A DNA stretch of 64,000 nucleotides from Bacteroidales bacterium (GTDB taxonomy: Bacteria; Bacteroidota; Bacteroidia; Bacteroidales; DTU049). The first letter of the stretch is position 1. Each line of letters opens with the position of its first letter. Position numbers and translations under genes: made by a program. The notes beneath the pieces were generated by a model, which was given only the letters and a program-made list of their open reading frames with translations, was not told the origin of the DNA and did no database searches. The stretch lies in NCBI GenBank assembly GCA_016937255.1, contig JAFGWG010000124.1, forward strand, positions 1,706 through 65,705. Reading direction: 5' to 3'. Of the stretch, positions 30,854 through 40,957 are shown in pieces.

Positions 30854-33507
30854 CGCAGCTTGAATTGATAGGTTAAGGAAGGAATAAATCCTGCAACGGC
30901 CACAGACACCGGCACATAATTGAGTTCATCACTGAATTCAACCGGAATAAGGAAATTGCCGTTATCATCCACAATTTTATTATATGTCATCGATACCGGA
31001 TTGTGACGAGCATATACATTATAGATGGAAAGTTCGAGGTAATGATTATAGTTCTTTTCAGACTTATTTAAACGTAATCGAGCTGAGAGATCCAAACGAT
31101 GATAATCAGGTAAACGACTATTATTCAACTCATTATATACTGGGACCGCCATATTATTATAATAGTAGAATCCAGTTGGGGAAGTGAAAGGCATTCCGCT
31201 AGAGAATGTCCAGTTCATCGACAATTCCCAGCGATATGAAGGAGTCCATGTCATATGCATATTTATGCTGTGAGGGCGATCCCATATAGTTGGATATACC
31301 AATCCATTATTAAGTTCATCTGTTTGCATTTGGGTTTTTGACCATGTATATCCAATCCAACCTCTGACTAAGCCTTCTTTTTTCCTGATCATGGTCTCAA
31401 TTCCATAAGACTCTATTTCTCCCTCAAACACTTCTCCTTCCAGCAAAGGATTGAAAAGCAATGAAGCATGGCCAGTATAATCGAGCTGATGATATAATCT
31501 ACGCCCAAATGCTTCGACAGAAAACTGTGAACCAGGAATCAGATTCTGATCGAAATAACCAATTGAAATATTATCGGCTTGTTGAGGCGCAATTGTAGGT
31601 GTTGGAGGAATCCAGGCTTCAGTTGTTGTGAACGGACTCAATGAATTATTTAATATCTGAAGAAACTGAGTACTTCTGGTATAGGCCGCTTTTATTCTCA
31701 AACCGGGCTTAGGCACATAGCTTGCAGAAAATCGTGGTTCGAAAGCAGAAAAACTTATGATTTTATCACCGCCATTGAAATCAACCGTATCGGTAACTTG
31801 TTGTGCATCATCAAAATAATACACAGTTGTGGGGCCATGATTTGTCCACAATGTGGAACGAAAACCGTAATTCAGAAAGAATTTTTCGCCAAGCTGTTGC
31901 TCAATAGTAGAATAATAAACCGATGTGCCACTTAGAAATTTTGGAGTAAAAGGCAAGTACGATTCAAGCGAATCTTGTCGCAATTGAATATTTCCGGGAT
32001 CAGAATCATATCCGCTCAGTTCTAGCCCTTGTCTCCACGTAAGTTTCGGATTTATAAACCACGAAAAATCACTTTTTAAAGTTCCCTGATAGATGTGTGA
32101 AGCCCAGAAATCCTGATTCTCTTTCCATATCTGTATGAAGTAATTATATCGGCTATAAATAAAAGTGGTATTGCAAAACAGCTTATTATTGAACACATGA
32201 TTCCACCGAAGTGTTCCAACATTATTTGACCAGTTGATACCATAAGTACGATAAGCATTGTTTTTAATGAAATACCGATCTGCACCACCATAAACTGTGA
32301 GAAAAACTCTGTTATTATTATTGATTTTTAGATTCAGTTTTGCGTTAAAATCAGAAAAGCCAAGCAGAAGTTCATTGTTTTGCAAAACATTTCGATTGAT
32401 CCAACCCAGGTTTGAGGTTCGCAATGCGATATAATAAGAAGAAACATCTTTTTTAAATGGCCCTTCAAAGGCAAGATTTGTTGCAAATTGATTGGTAGAA
32501 CCATTCATGCTAAAATGCTGCATATTTCCATCTTTCATTTGCATATCTACCACAGATGATAGTCGTCCACCATATTGCGCCGGGAAATCGCTTTTGTATA
32601 CATCGATGTTTTTGATGGCATCGGGAACTAAGGTGGTAAAGAATCCAAAAAGGTGCGAAGCATTATAAACAGGTGCCTCATCAATTAAAATAAGATTCTG
32701 ATCTCCTTTGCCGCCCCGCACATAAAAAATGGAAGAACCATCGCTATGAGAAATGATCCCGGGAATAGATTGCAAGCTCTTTATGGGATCAGATTCGCCA
32801 GCAAATCCGGGCATTTCTTGCACGGTTTTCGGATCGATTTTCATCACTCCTGCTTTGATGTTTTCTCGCCAATCATCTTCTTCTTTCGCACTCACAATCA
32901 CAACACTCATTGATAAATCTTTGGGTGCCATTTGCACACTATGTCTACGGTTTTCCCGAATTTCAAACTCAATTTTCTGTTGCTTGAAACCAATGTATGA
33001 ATAGACCATTGTGTATTTTCCGGGAGGAAGTGAAAGGGAATAAAATCCATAATTATTGGTAATGGTTCCGGTAGTGGTTCCATCAATGTGAATTGTTGCA
33101 CCAATAAGAACCTCGCCCGATGTAGAATCGGCAAGATAGCCACTGAGTGTAAATTTTTGAACCTGAGGTTCTGCATCACTTTTAGGCGTTTTACCTGCTT
33201 TAAGAACCACTTGTTTTTCCACCAGAGACCAATTAATGCCAAGTGGACTTAGAATATCGTTCAAGACTACACGAATAGACTTATTATTACATGTATAAGA
33301 CAGTTGTTTTTCAAGAGGAATTTTCGAAGGATTATAAGAAAAATGGACATTCCCTTTGCTACTAATTTCATTCAAAGCTGTTTTCAAAGTAGCGTTATTC
33401 AGGTTCAGTGAAATCTTTTTTTGCAGGTTTTGCCCCTGCAATAGACCTGAAACAAAGAGCAGAATAATTACCGACCCGTATGTGCGAAGTAGTTGACGCA
33501 TACACAA
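30850..33507 (-). CDS. TonB-dependent receptor with an N-terminal signalling (STN-like) extension and a carboxypeptidase-regulatory-like domain
   Basis: 885 aa. The N-terminal segment ISLNLNNATLKTALNEISSKGNVHFSY...VVLK is FecA-type STN-like. Next comes GYLADSTSGEVLIGATIH (CarbopepD_reg-like), then a plug region (DPIKSLQSIPGI), and a C-terminal beta-barrel ending in ...YQFKLR. Confidence 0.8.
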   Translation of the reverse strand: MCMRQLLRTYGSVIILLFVSGLLQGQNLQKKISLNLNNATLKTALNEISSKGNVHFSYNPSKIPLEKQLSYTCNNKSIRVVLNDILSPLGINWSLVEKQVVLKAGKTPKSDAEPQVQKFTLSGYLADSTSGEVLIGATIHIDGTTTGTITNNYGFYSLSLPPGKYTMVYSYIGFKQQKIEFEIRENRRHSVQMAPKDLSMSVVIVSAKEEDDWRENIKAGVMKIDPKTVQEMPGFAGESDPIKSLQSIPGIISHSDGSSIFYVRGGKGDQNLILIDEAPVYNASHLFGFFTTLVPDAIKNIDVYKSDFPAQYGGRLSSVVDMQMKDGNMQHFSMNGSTNQFATNLAFEGPFKKDVSSYYIALRTSNLGWINRNVLQNNELLLGFSDFNAKLNLKINNNNRVFLTVYGGADRYFIKNNAYRTYGINWSNNVGTLRWNHVFNNKLFCNTTFIYSRYNYFIQIWKENQDFWASHIYQGTLKSDFSWFINPKLTWRQGLELSGYDSDPGNIQLRQDSLESYLPFTPKFLSGTSVYYSTIEQQLGEKFFLNYGFRSTLWTNHGPTTVYYFDDAQQVTDTVDFNGGDKIISFSAFEPRFSASYVPKPGLRIKAAYTRSTQFLQILNNSLSPFTTTEAWIPPTPTIAPQQADNISIGYFDQNLIPGSQFSVEAFGRRLYHQLDYTGHASLLFNPLLEGEVFEGEIESYGIETMIRKKEGLVRGWIGYTWSKTQMQTDELNNGLVYPTIWDRPHSINMHMTWTPSYRWELSMNWTFSSGMPFTSPTGFYYYNNMAVPVYNELNNSRLPDYHRLDLSARLRLNKSEKNYNHYLELSIYNVYARHNPVSMTYNKIVDDNGNFLIPVEFSDELNYVPVSVAVAGFIPSLTYQFKLR

Positions 33508-33558
33508 AAATACATTTAATTCTTTTTAGGGGAATAAAACTTTATTCGATAGGCAGTA

Positions 33559-34563
33559 TTATTCACAGGGTTCGCCATTGACAATATAGCCACGACCATC
33601 TTTTTTGATTTCCAGATCAAGGGTGGATTCCAGAACAGTTAGCACCGATTCAAGAGTTTGGTCTTCGAAAGACACACTGAGTTTGCAATTGCCACAAGCA
33701 GGATTGCTGAGTTTAATAGGAATATTATAGGCTTTGGAAACTATATTCACAACACGATCAAGACGTTCATTTTCAAATGACATGCTACGTGTTTTCCACA
33801 CCATGAAATATTCTTCGAAAGTATTGCCAACGCTGATCTCTTTTTTATCAGGAGTAGCTTCAGCTTGCTCACCGGGTTTCAATATTGTTCTTTTGTCTGG
33901 AGTATCCTTATGATATAGTGCAACAGAACCATTAATTAATATCACTTGTGCTTTTCCGTCGGGACCATTCGTATTAACATAAAATGATGTTCCTAAAACT
34001 TCCACACGCATATCTCCCGCTGAAACAATAAATGGTTTTTCGGGGTTATGAGCCACTTCAAAATGTGCTTCGCCTGTTAACCGAACAGTACGTTGATCAT
34101 TTTCGTTTATATCTTTTGGGTACTCAAGGCTTGAACCAGCATTTAAGGTAATTGTAGAGCCATCTGGCAATATTGTTTCTATCACTTCATTTTGAGCCAG
34201 AATCTCGATGGTTTTATCTGCTCCAAAGATGATATTTCTTAATAAAAATCCAATAGTAAGGATAAGAAGAACAGCTGCTGCAATACGGGTAACAATTCGC
34301 AAAGTTCTACGACGACCCATTTCTATTTTCTTTCCACTGCTTAATTTTGCCTGCAATGCCAGCCATTCCTCATCAATGTCGATATTTTCCATTATCAAGT
34401 CTTGGCTCATGGCGTGCCAGACCTTACGGAATTGAGTAAAAACATCGCAGTTTTCTTCAGACTTGCGCAACCAAGAAGAAAGCTCGGCAATTTCATTCTC
34501 GCCGGCTTCACCCGAAAAGTATCGGTTTATCAGGTTTTCATAATATGTGCTTTCTTCAGTCAT
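33559..34563 (-). CDS. FecR-family anti-sigma factor
   Basis: 334 aa. Has a cytoplasmic N-terminus, a single TM helix (IAAAVLLILTIGFLL), a periplasmic FecR-like region (LPDGSTITLNAGSSL; GEAHFEV) and a C-terminal domain. It sits between the sigma factor and the TBDR. Confidence 0.8.
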   Translation of the reverse strand: MTEESTYYENLINRYFSGEAGENEIAELSSWLRKSEENCDVFTQFRKVWHAMSQDLIMENIDIDEEWLALQAKLSSGKKIEMGRRRTLRIVTRIAAAVLLILTIGFLLRNIIFGADKTIEILAQNEVIETILPDGSTITLNAGSSLEYPKDINENDQRTVRLTGEAHFEVAHNPEKPFIVSAGDMRVEVLGTSFYVNTNGPDGKAQVILINGSVALYHKDTPDKRTILKPGEQAEATPDKKEISVGNTFEEYFMVWKTRSMSFENERLDRVVNIVSKAYNIPIKLSNPACGNCKLSVSFEDQTLESVLTVLESTLDLEIKKDGRGYIVNGEPCE

Positions 34564-34612
34564 TTTATGCGCTCTTTGTCTCTATTACACTAAAGACAGT
34601 GTTTACCCCTAT

Positions 34613-35206
34613 TTAGTTCAGTAAAAAAAATAATTCTTTATATGGAAACATACTCAAAAGCAGAATGGGGAGGTAAGGCCCAAGTCGCTCTCGAAGATGT
34701 TTCAATGCTTTACCCATCTGATTTTCAACTGTTTTGATAGAAATACCCAAATGATCCGCAATTTCTTTGTATTTCATATTTTCCTCACGACTTAATAAAA
34801 ACACTTCGCGACATTTTTCTGGTAAATCAGCTATTGCATTTTGAATTTCTCCTTTTAGCTCTCTTGTCATAATGCCACTATCGGCCATTTGAGATTTTTC
34901 ATCCATCAGACCTTCAAATTCTAGCACATTGCGGTCGAATTTTTTTTGATCACGTAGATAATTCAGGGAGCGGTTATACACCATAGTGGTGATATATGAT
35001 TTGAGGTTCTTCTCCTCATCCATAGTTTCGCGTTTTTCCCAAATATAGATAAAGCAATCCTGCACAATAGAACGGGCAGTTTCCATATCTTTAACATACT
35101 TAATCGAAAAAACACAAAGATTCTTAAACTCTTTTCTGAATAGTTCTTCAAAAGAGTCCTTTCTTAATCCTTTAGGTTGTATGGTTCGTATTTCTGTCAA
35201 TGCCAA
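34613..35206 (-). CDS. ECF-type RNA polymerase sigma-70 factor
   Basis: 197 aa. Has region 2 (ARSIVQDCFIYIWEKR) and the region 4 HTH (MKYKEIADHLGISIKTVENQMGKAL). Confidence 0.85.
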   Translation of the reverse strand: MALTEIRTIQPKGLRKDSFEELFRKEFKNLCVFSIKYVKDMETARSIVQDCFIYIWEKRETMDEEKNLKSYITTMVYNRSLNYLRDQKKFDRNVLEFEGLMDEKSQMADSGIMTRELKGEIQNAIADLPEKCREVFLLSREENMKYKEIADHLGISIKTVENQMGKALKHLRERLGPYLPILLLSMFPYKELFFLLN

Positions 35207-35254
35207 AAATATTTGAGGCTAAAATACGAAAATAATAGAATAAAACTTGAAGAC

Positions 35255-37444
35255 TTATTTCTTCAGCTCCATTTCCTCAATAAGTCTTGTGCCACCATAG
35301 TATTTATCAATAATGAAAAGTACATAACGAATATCGACACTAATGCAGCGTTGCAATTCGGGTTCAAATACAATATCTCCCGACATGGCTTCCCAGTTGG
35401 CGTCGAAAGCCAAGCCCATAAGTTCGCCATCGCCATTAATAACCGGAGAGCCACTATTGCCGCCTGTTATATCGTTATTGGTAAGAAAACAAGTTACGAT
35501 ATCACCGTTTTCAGCATACGGGCCAAAGTCTTTTTGTTGATAGAGTTCTTTGAGCTTTGGAGGAACAATAAATTCATCGTTTGTAGGATCTTCTTTTTCC
35601 ATTACCCCGGAAAGTGTTGTGACAAAATCATAATTTATGGCATCGCCACCGTTATAGGGTAATACAGAACCATAGGTGAGTCGCATTGTAAAGTTTGCAT
35701 CCGGATAGAATTTCTTGTCAGGATACATTTCGCGAAGTCCGCTAATGTATTTACGCATTCCTTGATTCAACTGATTGTTTAGAGGTTGCTGTGCATCCCT
35801 TATTTCATAGTAAAGGGCATATATTTGTTGAGCTGCGTTAAACAGCGGGTCTTCGTTTAGGGTTTTGAAATTTGGTTTTGCCAAAAAGGATTCCATTTTA
35901 TCCTTATTGGTAAATAATGATACTTGAAAAATATAATCACTATAAACGAGATAGTCGCTTTTAAACTTATCCTTAATGGTGCGGAAAAAACGAGGATGAT
36001 AATTCTGATCTACATCGTTAATATACATTTCAAGCATACAACGGAAGAGTTTTTGCTCTGTTTTCAAGTCCATAGTTCGAAAAGTCTTCTCTGAAACAGC
36101 GGTCATTTTTCCCACTTCCTTGTCGAGCTCGGTTAGATTAATATTGTCTTTTGCAAGAATATCATACATGAATCTGAATTGGTGTGCAAAAGCAAATACA
36201 TCACTTCCTCGGATGAATGCTTCCGACAAGTAGATCTGAACCAATCGTAATTCAGAAATTTTATTATAAGATCGTTCGGTTTTTATCAAAGCATCTTTAT
36301 AATATCCTTTTTTGGGAATGGCATCATTGTTTACCCAGGTATCAAAATCGTCTTCCATGACTTTCTTTCGCTCAATCACATTTAGCCGTTGAATTCCTTT
36401 ATTCATTCCAATATAATATTTCCAGTAATTGGAAGTTGTTGCGTATTTGCTGGCATAATTAATACGAACTTGCTCATCAACAGCCATACGTTCGTCCATG
36501 ATTTCCAATTTCTTTGCTCTCACTTTAACAATGGCTGGGTTGATAAAATCATAAGCCATTTTAATGCCATCTGAGGTCTGATATCTGTTTGTGCTTCCCG
36601 GATACCCTAAAATCATGGCAAAATCATTTTCCTTTTTAGGTTTCAATGAAACTGGAAGAAAATGACGTGGTTTTAAGGGAATATTGTCTTTACTATATTT
36701 TGCAGGTTTTCCATCGGGGCCGGTATACACTCTAAAAACGCTGAAATCGCCAGTATGTCGGGGCCACATCCAGTTGTCAGTGTCTCCACCAAAATTTCCT
36801 ATGCTTGACGGTGGCGCCATTACCATACGTACATCTGAATATACTTCATAAACAAAAAGATAATATTCGTTTCCGTAGAAAAACGAGTTTATATTGGCTT
36901 CTTGATAGGATTCACTAATAGCTTCACTTTCAATCTCACCGCTAATACTGTCAACAATTGCCTGTCGCTCTACCTCGGTAATATCAAAAGGAATCGCATT
37001 TAAAATTCTTTCTGTTACATCTTCAATTCTAAGCAAAAACCGCACATTTAGCCCAGACTTACTTGGCAATTCCTGATCCATCGTTTCCGCATAAAATCCA
37101 TCCTCGAGAAAATTTGCACCTACAGTACTTAATGCGGCAATACTTGGGTATCCACAATGATGGTTTGTAAAAAGTAGTCCTTGATCTGACACAATTTCAC
37201 CGGTACAGCCCGAACCGAAAATTACGATAGCGTCTTTCAGACTTCCGTTATTAATGGAATAAATCTCTTCAGCAGTGAGATTTAACCCCATTTTTTGCAT
37301 GTCTTCGTAATTCAGCCTGTCGATAAACATGGGGAGCCACATCCCTTCATCAGCTCTAACCTTAAGGCCAGTAATACTAACCAAGATGGCCATAAAAACA
37401 CCTAAAAAATATCTCATAAAATACGCTTTGCTTTGAACTTGCAA
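35255..37444 (-). CDS. S46-family dipeptidyl-peptidase (DPP7/DPP11-like)
   Basis: Signal peptide followed by the hallmark DEGMWLP. Also TNHHCG (catalytic His region) and GGNSGSPV (catalytic Ser). The start could be the internal Met at 37417. Confidence 0.85.
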   Translation of the reverse strand: MQVQSKAYFMRYFLGVFMAILVSITGLKVRADEGMWLPMFIDRLNYEDMQKMGLNLTAEEIYSINNGSLKDAIVIFGSGCTGEIVSDQGLLFTNHHCGYPSIAALSTVGANFLEDGFYAETMDQELPSKSGLNVRFLLRIEDVTERILNAIPFDITEVERQAIVDSISGEIESEAISESYQEANINSFFYGNEYYLFVYEVYSDVRMVMAPPSSIGNFGGDTDNWMWPRHTGDFSVFRVYTGPDGKPAKYSKDNIPLKPRHFLPVSLKPKKENDFAMILGYPGSTNRYQTSDGIKMAYDFINPAIVKVRAKKLEIMDERMAVDEQVRINYASKYATTSNYWKYYIGMNKGIQRLNVIERKKVMEDDFDTWVNNDAIPKKGYYKDALIKTERSYNKISELRLVQIYLSEAFIRGSDVFAFAHQFRFMYDILAKDNINLTELDKEVGKMTAVSEKTFRTMDLKTEQKLFRCMLEMYINDVDQNYHPRFFRTIKDKFKSDYLVYSDYIFQVSLFTNKDKMESFLAKPNFKTLNEDPLFNAAQQIYALYYEIRDAQQPLNNQLNQGMRKYISGLREMYPDKKFYPDANFTMRLTYGSVLPYNGGDAINYDFVTTLSGVMEKEDPTNDEFIVPPKLKELYQQKDFGPYAENGDIVTCFLTNNDITGGNSGSPVINGDGELMGLAFDANWEAMSGDIVFEPELQRCISVDIRYVLFIIDKYYGGTRLIEEMELKK

Positions 37445-37691
37445 TAATAAGGCTTTTTATAAAAAGTATCAACTGCTTTCTTCGATTCATTATGATATTT
37501 CGATACACGGCTAATTTTCATCAATTAAATGATAAATGGACCTGTCTTAACAATGATATTAAACAAAGAGGCTTTAATAATGACTTGAAAACAGAATTCT
37601 TAAATAATATTAAATCAAAATAAGGGAAAAAGCCGGAATGCTATGATATTTTTTATATTTTAGCAACGAAAAACTCAACACCCTTAAAGCC

Positions 37692-38597
37692 ATGATGATA
37701 AACAAATTAGATTTAATGATCGACGCCCTGAAGGGCAAAACAAAAAAGCGACTTGTTGCAGCTTATGCAAACGATGCGCATACCATTGAAGCGGTAAATA
37801 ACGCAACTGAGCTGGGAATTATTGATCCTATTTTGGTTGGTGATGAAGAAACCATTAAGAAGGTTTGTGCCGCCGAAGGCATCGATGTAAGCAAATTCAA
37901 AATCGTTCAGGAAGCCAATGAGGTTCTTGCAGCAAAAAAAGCAGTGGAGCTTATCAACAATGGCGAAGCAGATGTCTTGATGAAAGGACTCGTGAGTACA
38001 GATAAGTACATGCGTGCTATTTTGGACAAAGAAAAAGGATTATTGCCTCCAAAAGCAACATTGAGCCATGTTACAGTAGTTGAAGTTTCTACTTATCCTA
38101 AACTTCTTATTGTAAGTGATGTTGCTATTATTCCTGCCCCAGACTTGAAGCAAAAAATTGCCATTACAAATTATGTAATCAATACTGCACATGCCCTAGG
38201 TATTGAAAACCCAAAAGTTGCACTTATTGCAGCAACAGAGCAAATGTCAACCGGAATGCAGGCTTGCATAGACGCCGCCATCATTAGTAAAATGAATGAT
38301 CGAAAGCAGATTAAAGGTGCTATGGTTGATGGACCACTTGCCCTTGATGTGGCTATTGACATGGAAAGCGTAGAAATAAAAAAACTGGAAAGTCCTGTTG
38401 CCGGCGACGCCGACTGTATGGTATTTCCAAATATTGAATCAGGAAATGTTTTCTTTAAAACTTGTACCAAACTTGCCGGAGGTGAATTAGCAGCTGTGGT
38501 TACTGGTGCAAAATGCCCCGCAGTTCTTACTTCTCGTGGCGACAGTTCAAAAACAAAAACCTATTCCATTGCACTTGCATGTTTAATGGCTAAATAA
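37692..38597 (+). CDS. ptb: Phosphate butyryltransferase
   Basis: 301 aa of the phosphate acetyl/butyryltransferase family (DVLMKGLVST, PNIESGN). It lies directly upstream of buk. Confidence 0.85.
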   Translation: MMINKLDLMIDALKGKTKKRLVAAYANDAHTIEAVNNATELGIIDPILVGDEETIKKVCAAEGIDVSKFKIVQEANEVLAAKKAVELINNGEADVLMKGLVSTDKYMRAILDKEKGLLPPKATLSHVTVVEVSTYPKLLIVSDVAIIPAPDLKQKIAITNYVINTAHALGIENPKVALIAATEQMSTGMQACIDAAIISKMNDRKQIKGAMVDGPLALDVAIDMESVEIKKLESPVAGDADCMVFPNIESGNVFFKTCTKLAGGELAAVVTGAKCPAVLTSRGDSSKTKTYSIALACLMAK

Positions 38598-38604
38598 TAA
38601 ATTT

Positions 38605-39684
38605 ATGAGTAGTTCCCTTGTTCTGGCCGTGAATCCCGGTTCCACCTCTACAAAAATTGCGGTTTTCGATCTGCATAGCAAAAAGCTTTTTCAGAAAAAC
38701 ATTAAGCATTCTGCTGAAGATTTAGCTCCATTCGAGATCATCACAGATCAGTATGAGTTTCGTAAAAACATCATTCTGAAAGAACTCGAAGCTGGAGATA
38801 TCGACATTAAAGAAATCGAAGTTGTTGTGGGTCGTGGCGGACTAGTAAAACCCATTCCTTCTGGCATGTATAAAGTAAACGAGCCCATGAAAGCCGATCT
38901 CAGAAAAGGCATTCTCGGGCAACATGCCAGCAACCTTGGTGGACTTATCGCCGACGATATTGCCAAAAGCATTGGTAATGCTCATGCTTTTATTGCCGAT
39001 CCGGTGGTTGTAGATGAGATGGAAGATCTGGCACGAATTAGTGGGCATCCAAAATTTGAACGCATTAGCATTTTTCATGCGCTGAATCAGAAAGCCATTG
39101 CTAAAACCCATGCCAAAGCACAGGGAAAAGAATACGAAGAGCTGAATCTTATCGTAGCTCATCTTGGTGGCGGAGTAAGTGTGGGTGCTCACAAAAAGGG
39201 ACGTGTTGTAGATGTAAATCAGGCATTAGACGGCGATGGCCCATTTTCTCCTGAACGTTCTGGTGGACTTCCCTCCGGAGCAATGGCTAAACTTTGCTTT
39301 AGTGGCGAATACACCCACAAAGAAGTGAAGAAAATGATTACAGGAAAAGGTGGATTGGTTGCTTATTTAGATACCAACGACGCATTGGAAGTGGAAAATC
39401 GCGTAAAAGCCGGCGACGACAAAGCCCGCCTTATTTATGAAGCCATGGCTTATCAGGTTGCCAAAGAAATTGGATCCTGTGCAGTGGTAATGAAAGGCGA
39501 AGTTGATGGCATCCTCATCACTGGTGGAGTAGCTTACGACAAAATGTTTGTGGAATGGATTAAAGAACGTGTTTCTTTCATCGCTCCGCTATTTGTTTAT
39601 CCTGGCGAAGATGAAATGCAAGCATTGGCCTTCAATGGCATTTGCTTCCTGAAAGGCGAAGCCGATGTAAAAGAATATCAATAA
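38605..39684 (+). CDS. buk: Butyrate kinase
   Basis: 359 aa. Has the INPGSTSTK acetate/butyrate-kinase N-terminal motif and later HLGGGVSVGAH and ITGG segments. Confidence 0.9.
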   Translation: MSSSLVLAVNPGSTSTKIAVFDLHSKKLFQKNIKHSAEDLAPFEIITDQYEFRKNIILKELEAGDIDIKEIEVVVGRGGLVKPIPSGMYKVNEPMKADLRKGILGQHASNLGGLIADDIAKSIGNAHAFIADPVVVDEMEDLARISGHPKFERISIFHALNQKAIAKTHAKAQGKEYEELNLIVAHLGGGVSVGAHKKGRVVDVNQALDGDGPFSPERSGGLPSGAMAKLCFSGEYTHKEVKKMITGKGGLVAYLDTNDALEVENRVKAGDDKARLIYEAMAYQVAKEIGSCAVVMKGEVDGILITGGVAYDKMFVEWIKERVSFIAPLFVYPGEDEMQALAFNGICFLKGEADVKEYQ

Positions 39685-39799
39685 ACGATATAAGATTTGT
39701 ATTAAAGCCGGCTCTGCTATTGTGGGGTCGGTTTTTTTATGCAAAATCGTATCTTTACGCATCTAAGCCATAGCACTTTAAAAATCAAACACCCAAAAC

Positions 39800-40903
39800 A
39801 TGAAAATCATTAACCTTATTTTCCTTGCGGCTCTGATTCCTTTTTTTTATTGTTCAATTCCTAATCAAAATAATTCTACGATGAAGGACTCCCCTGAAGA
39901 ATGCAGCAAATTTTACCCTTTTAAGGATCATTTTATCAATCTGGAAACCAACGAAGCGATTGTAATTGATATTTTACCTAGTACTAACTTCAAAACTTGC
40001 TCAAAATACGCTTGGAGATTTCGACAGCCTTTAAGTGATTCAGTTTATGTTGATGGTCGATTATTTGCAGTGGAAAAGAATAGAGATAAAGCCCAATACC
40101 TCATCAATATATTTGAAGACGGAAAATTCATAAAATGCATACAGGCTCCCACCGAGAAACCATTGCCGGAGGTTCATGATTGCAGCCTATATCTTACTGT
40201 ATATCAAAACGATGTCATCCTTGTTATGGAAGGAATGTACACCACACATTATACCATTTGCAAATATAATTCTGAGGGTGAAGTGCTTATGCTCGACAGC
40301 ATAGAACATACATTTATTACCCACTCCGAGCCCAATACAAATTACCATCATCGCTACCTCTATTTCCATGGAATAACAGGTGGAGAAATGGTTTTTACCT
40401 CGCATATGGCCTTTGCCGAAAAAGATAAAACCGTTATTCTGAACATGGAAGATTTTTCCACCAGAGAATTTGAGTTTAAAGCCAGCGGAATTATTGCAGA
40501 TGAAGATGAAAATGAAGTTGCAGGATTCATTTCGGGTGAAGATGGGCAGTACAAAATCAGAATGCTGGACGGACGAAATTTTAGCTTTGCTGTAAAATAT
40601 GGTGATCCGGCTTGTAATTGTATTTTGAAAGGCGAGAAACTCTATATTGCCACATACCACCCAATTGCAACAGGCTCTGGCTTGCAATGCTTTAATCTCA
40701 ATACAGGCAAAATGGAGTGGACTGCAGATGTAAAACAAATTATGGCATCGCATTCCGAATACTGGAACACCGTTACACTGAGCATGTATAAAGATAAAAT
40801 CGTTATGGAAGGCAACGAAGCCCATGGAGATTATGTGCAGCTTTTCGATGCAGAAACCGGCAAAAGGCTAGCTGTTTTTGGTGATTTTATTGAGGTTGAG
40901 TAA
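39800..40903 (+). CDS. Hypothetical secreted protein or lipoprotein, possibly beta-propeller-like
   Basis: Signal with FFYCS. Beta-rich. The C-terminal segments (KLYIATYHP...GKMEWTADV; DKIVMEG...LFDAETGKRL) look PQQ-like. No confident family. Confidence 0.4.
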   Translation: MKIINLIFLAALIPFFYCSIPNQNNSTMKDSPEECSKFYPFKDHFINLETNEAIVIDILPSTNFKTCSKYAWRFRQPLSDSVYVDGRLFAVEKNRDKAQYLINIFEDGKFIKCIQAPTEKPLPEVHDCSLYLTVYQNDVILVMEGMYTTHYTICKYNSEGEVLMLDSIEHTFITHSEPNTNYHHRYLYFHGITGGEMVFTSHMAFAEKDKTVILNMEDFSTREFEFKASGIIADEDENEVAGFISGEDGQYKIRMLDGRNFSFAVKYGDPACNCILKGEKLYIATYHPIATGSGLQCFNLNTGKMEWTADVKQIMASHSEYWNTVTLSMYKDKIVMEGNEAHGDYVQLFDAETGKRLAVFGDFIEVE

Positions 40904-40957
40904 TTTAGTTCAACTATCTTTAACCGAATTATTAAAACAAACTCATTTCTTTGAACC

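Noticed and set aside
35177-35662. 161-aa plus-strand ORF bridging the sigma-factor start and the S46 peptidase C-terminus
   Set aside because: It overlaps two well-supported minus-strand genes and has no recognisable motif.
39705-39741. Terminator after buk (AAGCCGG...TCGGTTTTTTT)
   Set aside because: The stem is only 7 bp with two G-U pairs and a 16-nt loop, which is too weak to list as a feature even though a T7 run follows.
40187-40825. 212-aa minus-strand ORF inside the 39800-40903 gene
   Set aside because: It lies entirely antisense to a longer ORF that has a signal peptide. Its translation is Phe/Cys/Asn-rich and featureless.
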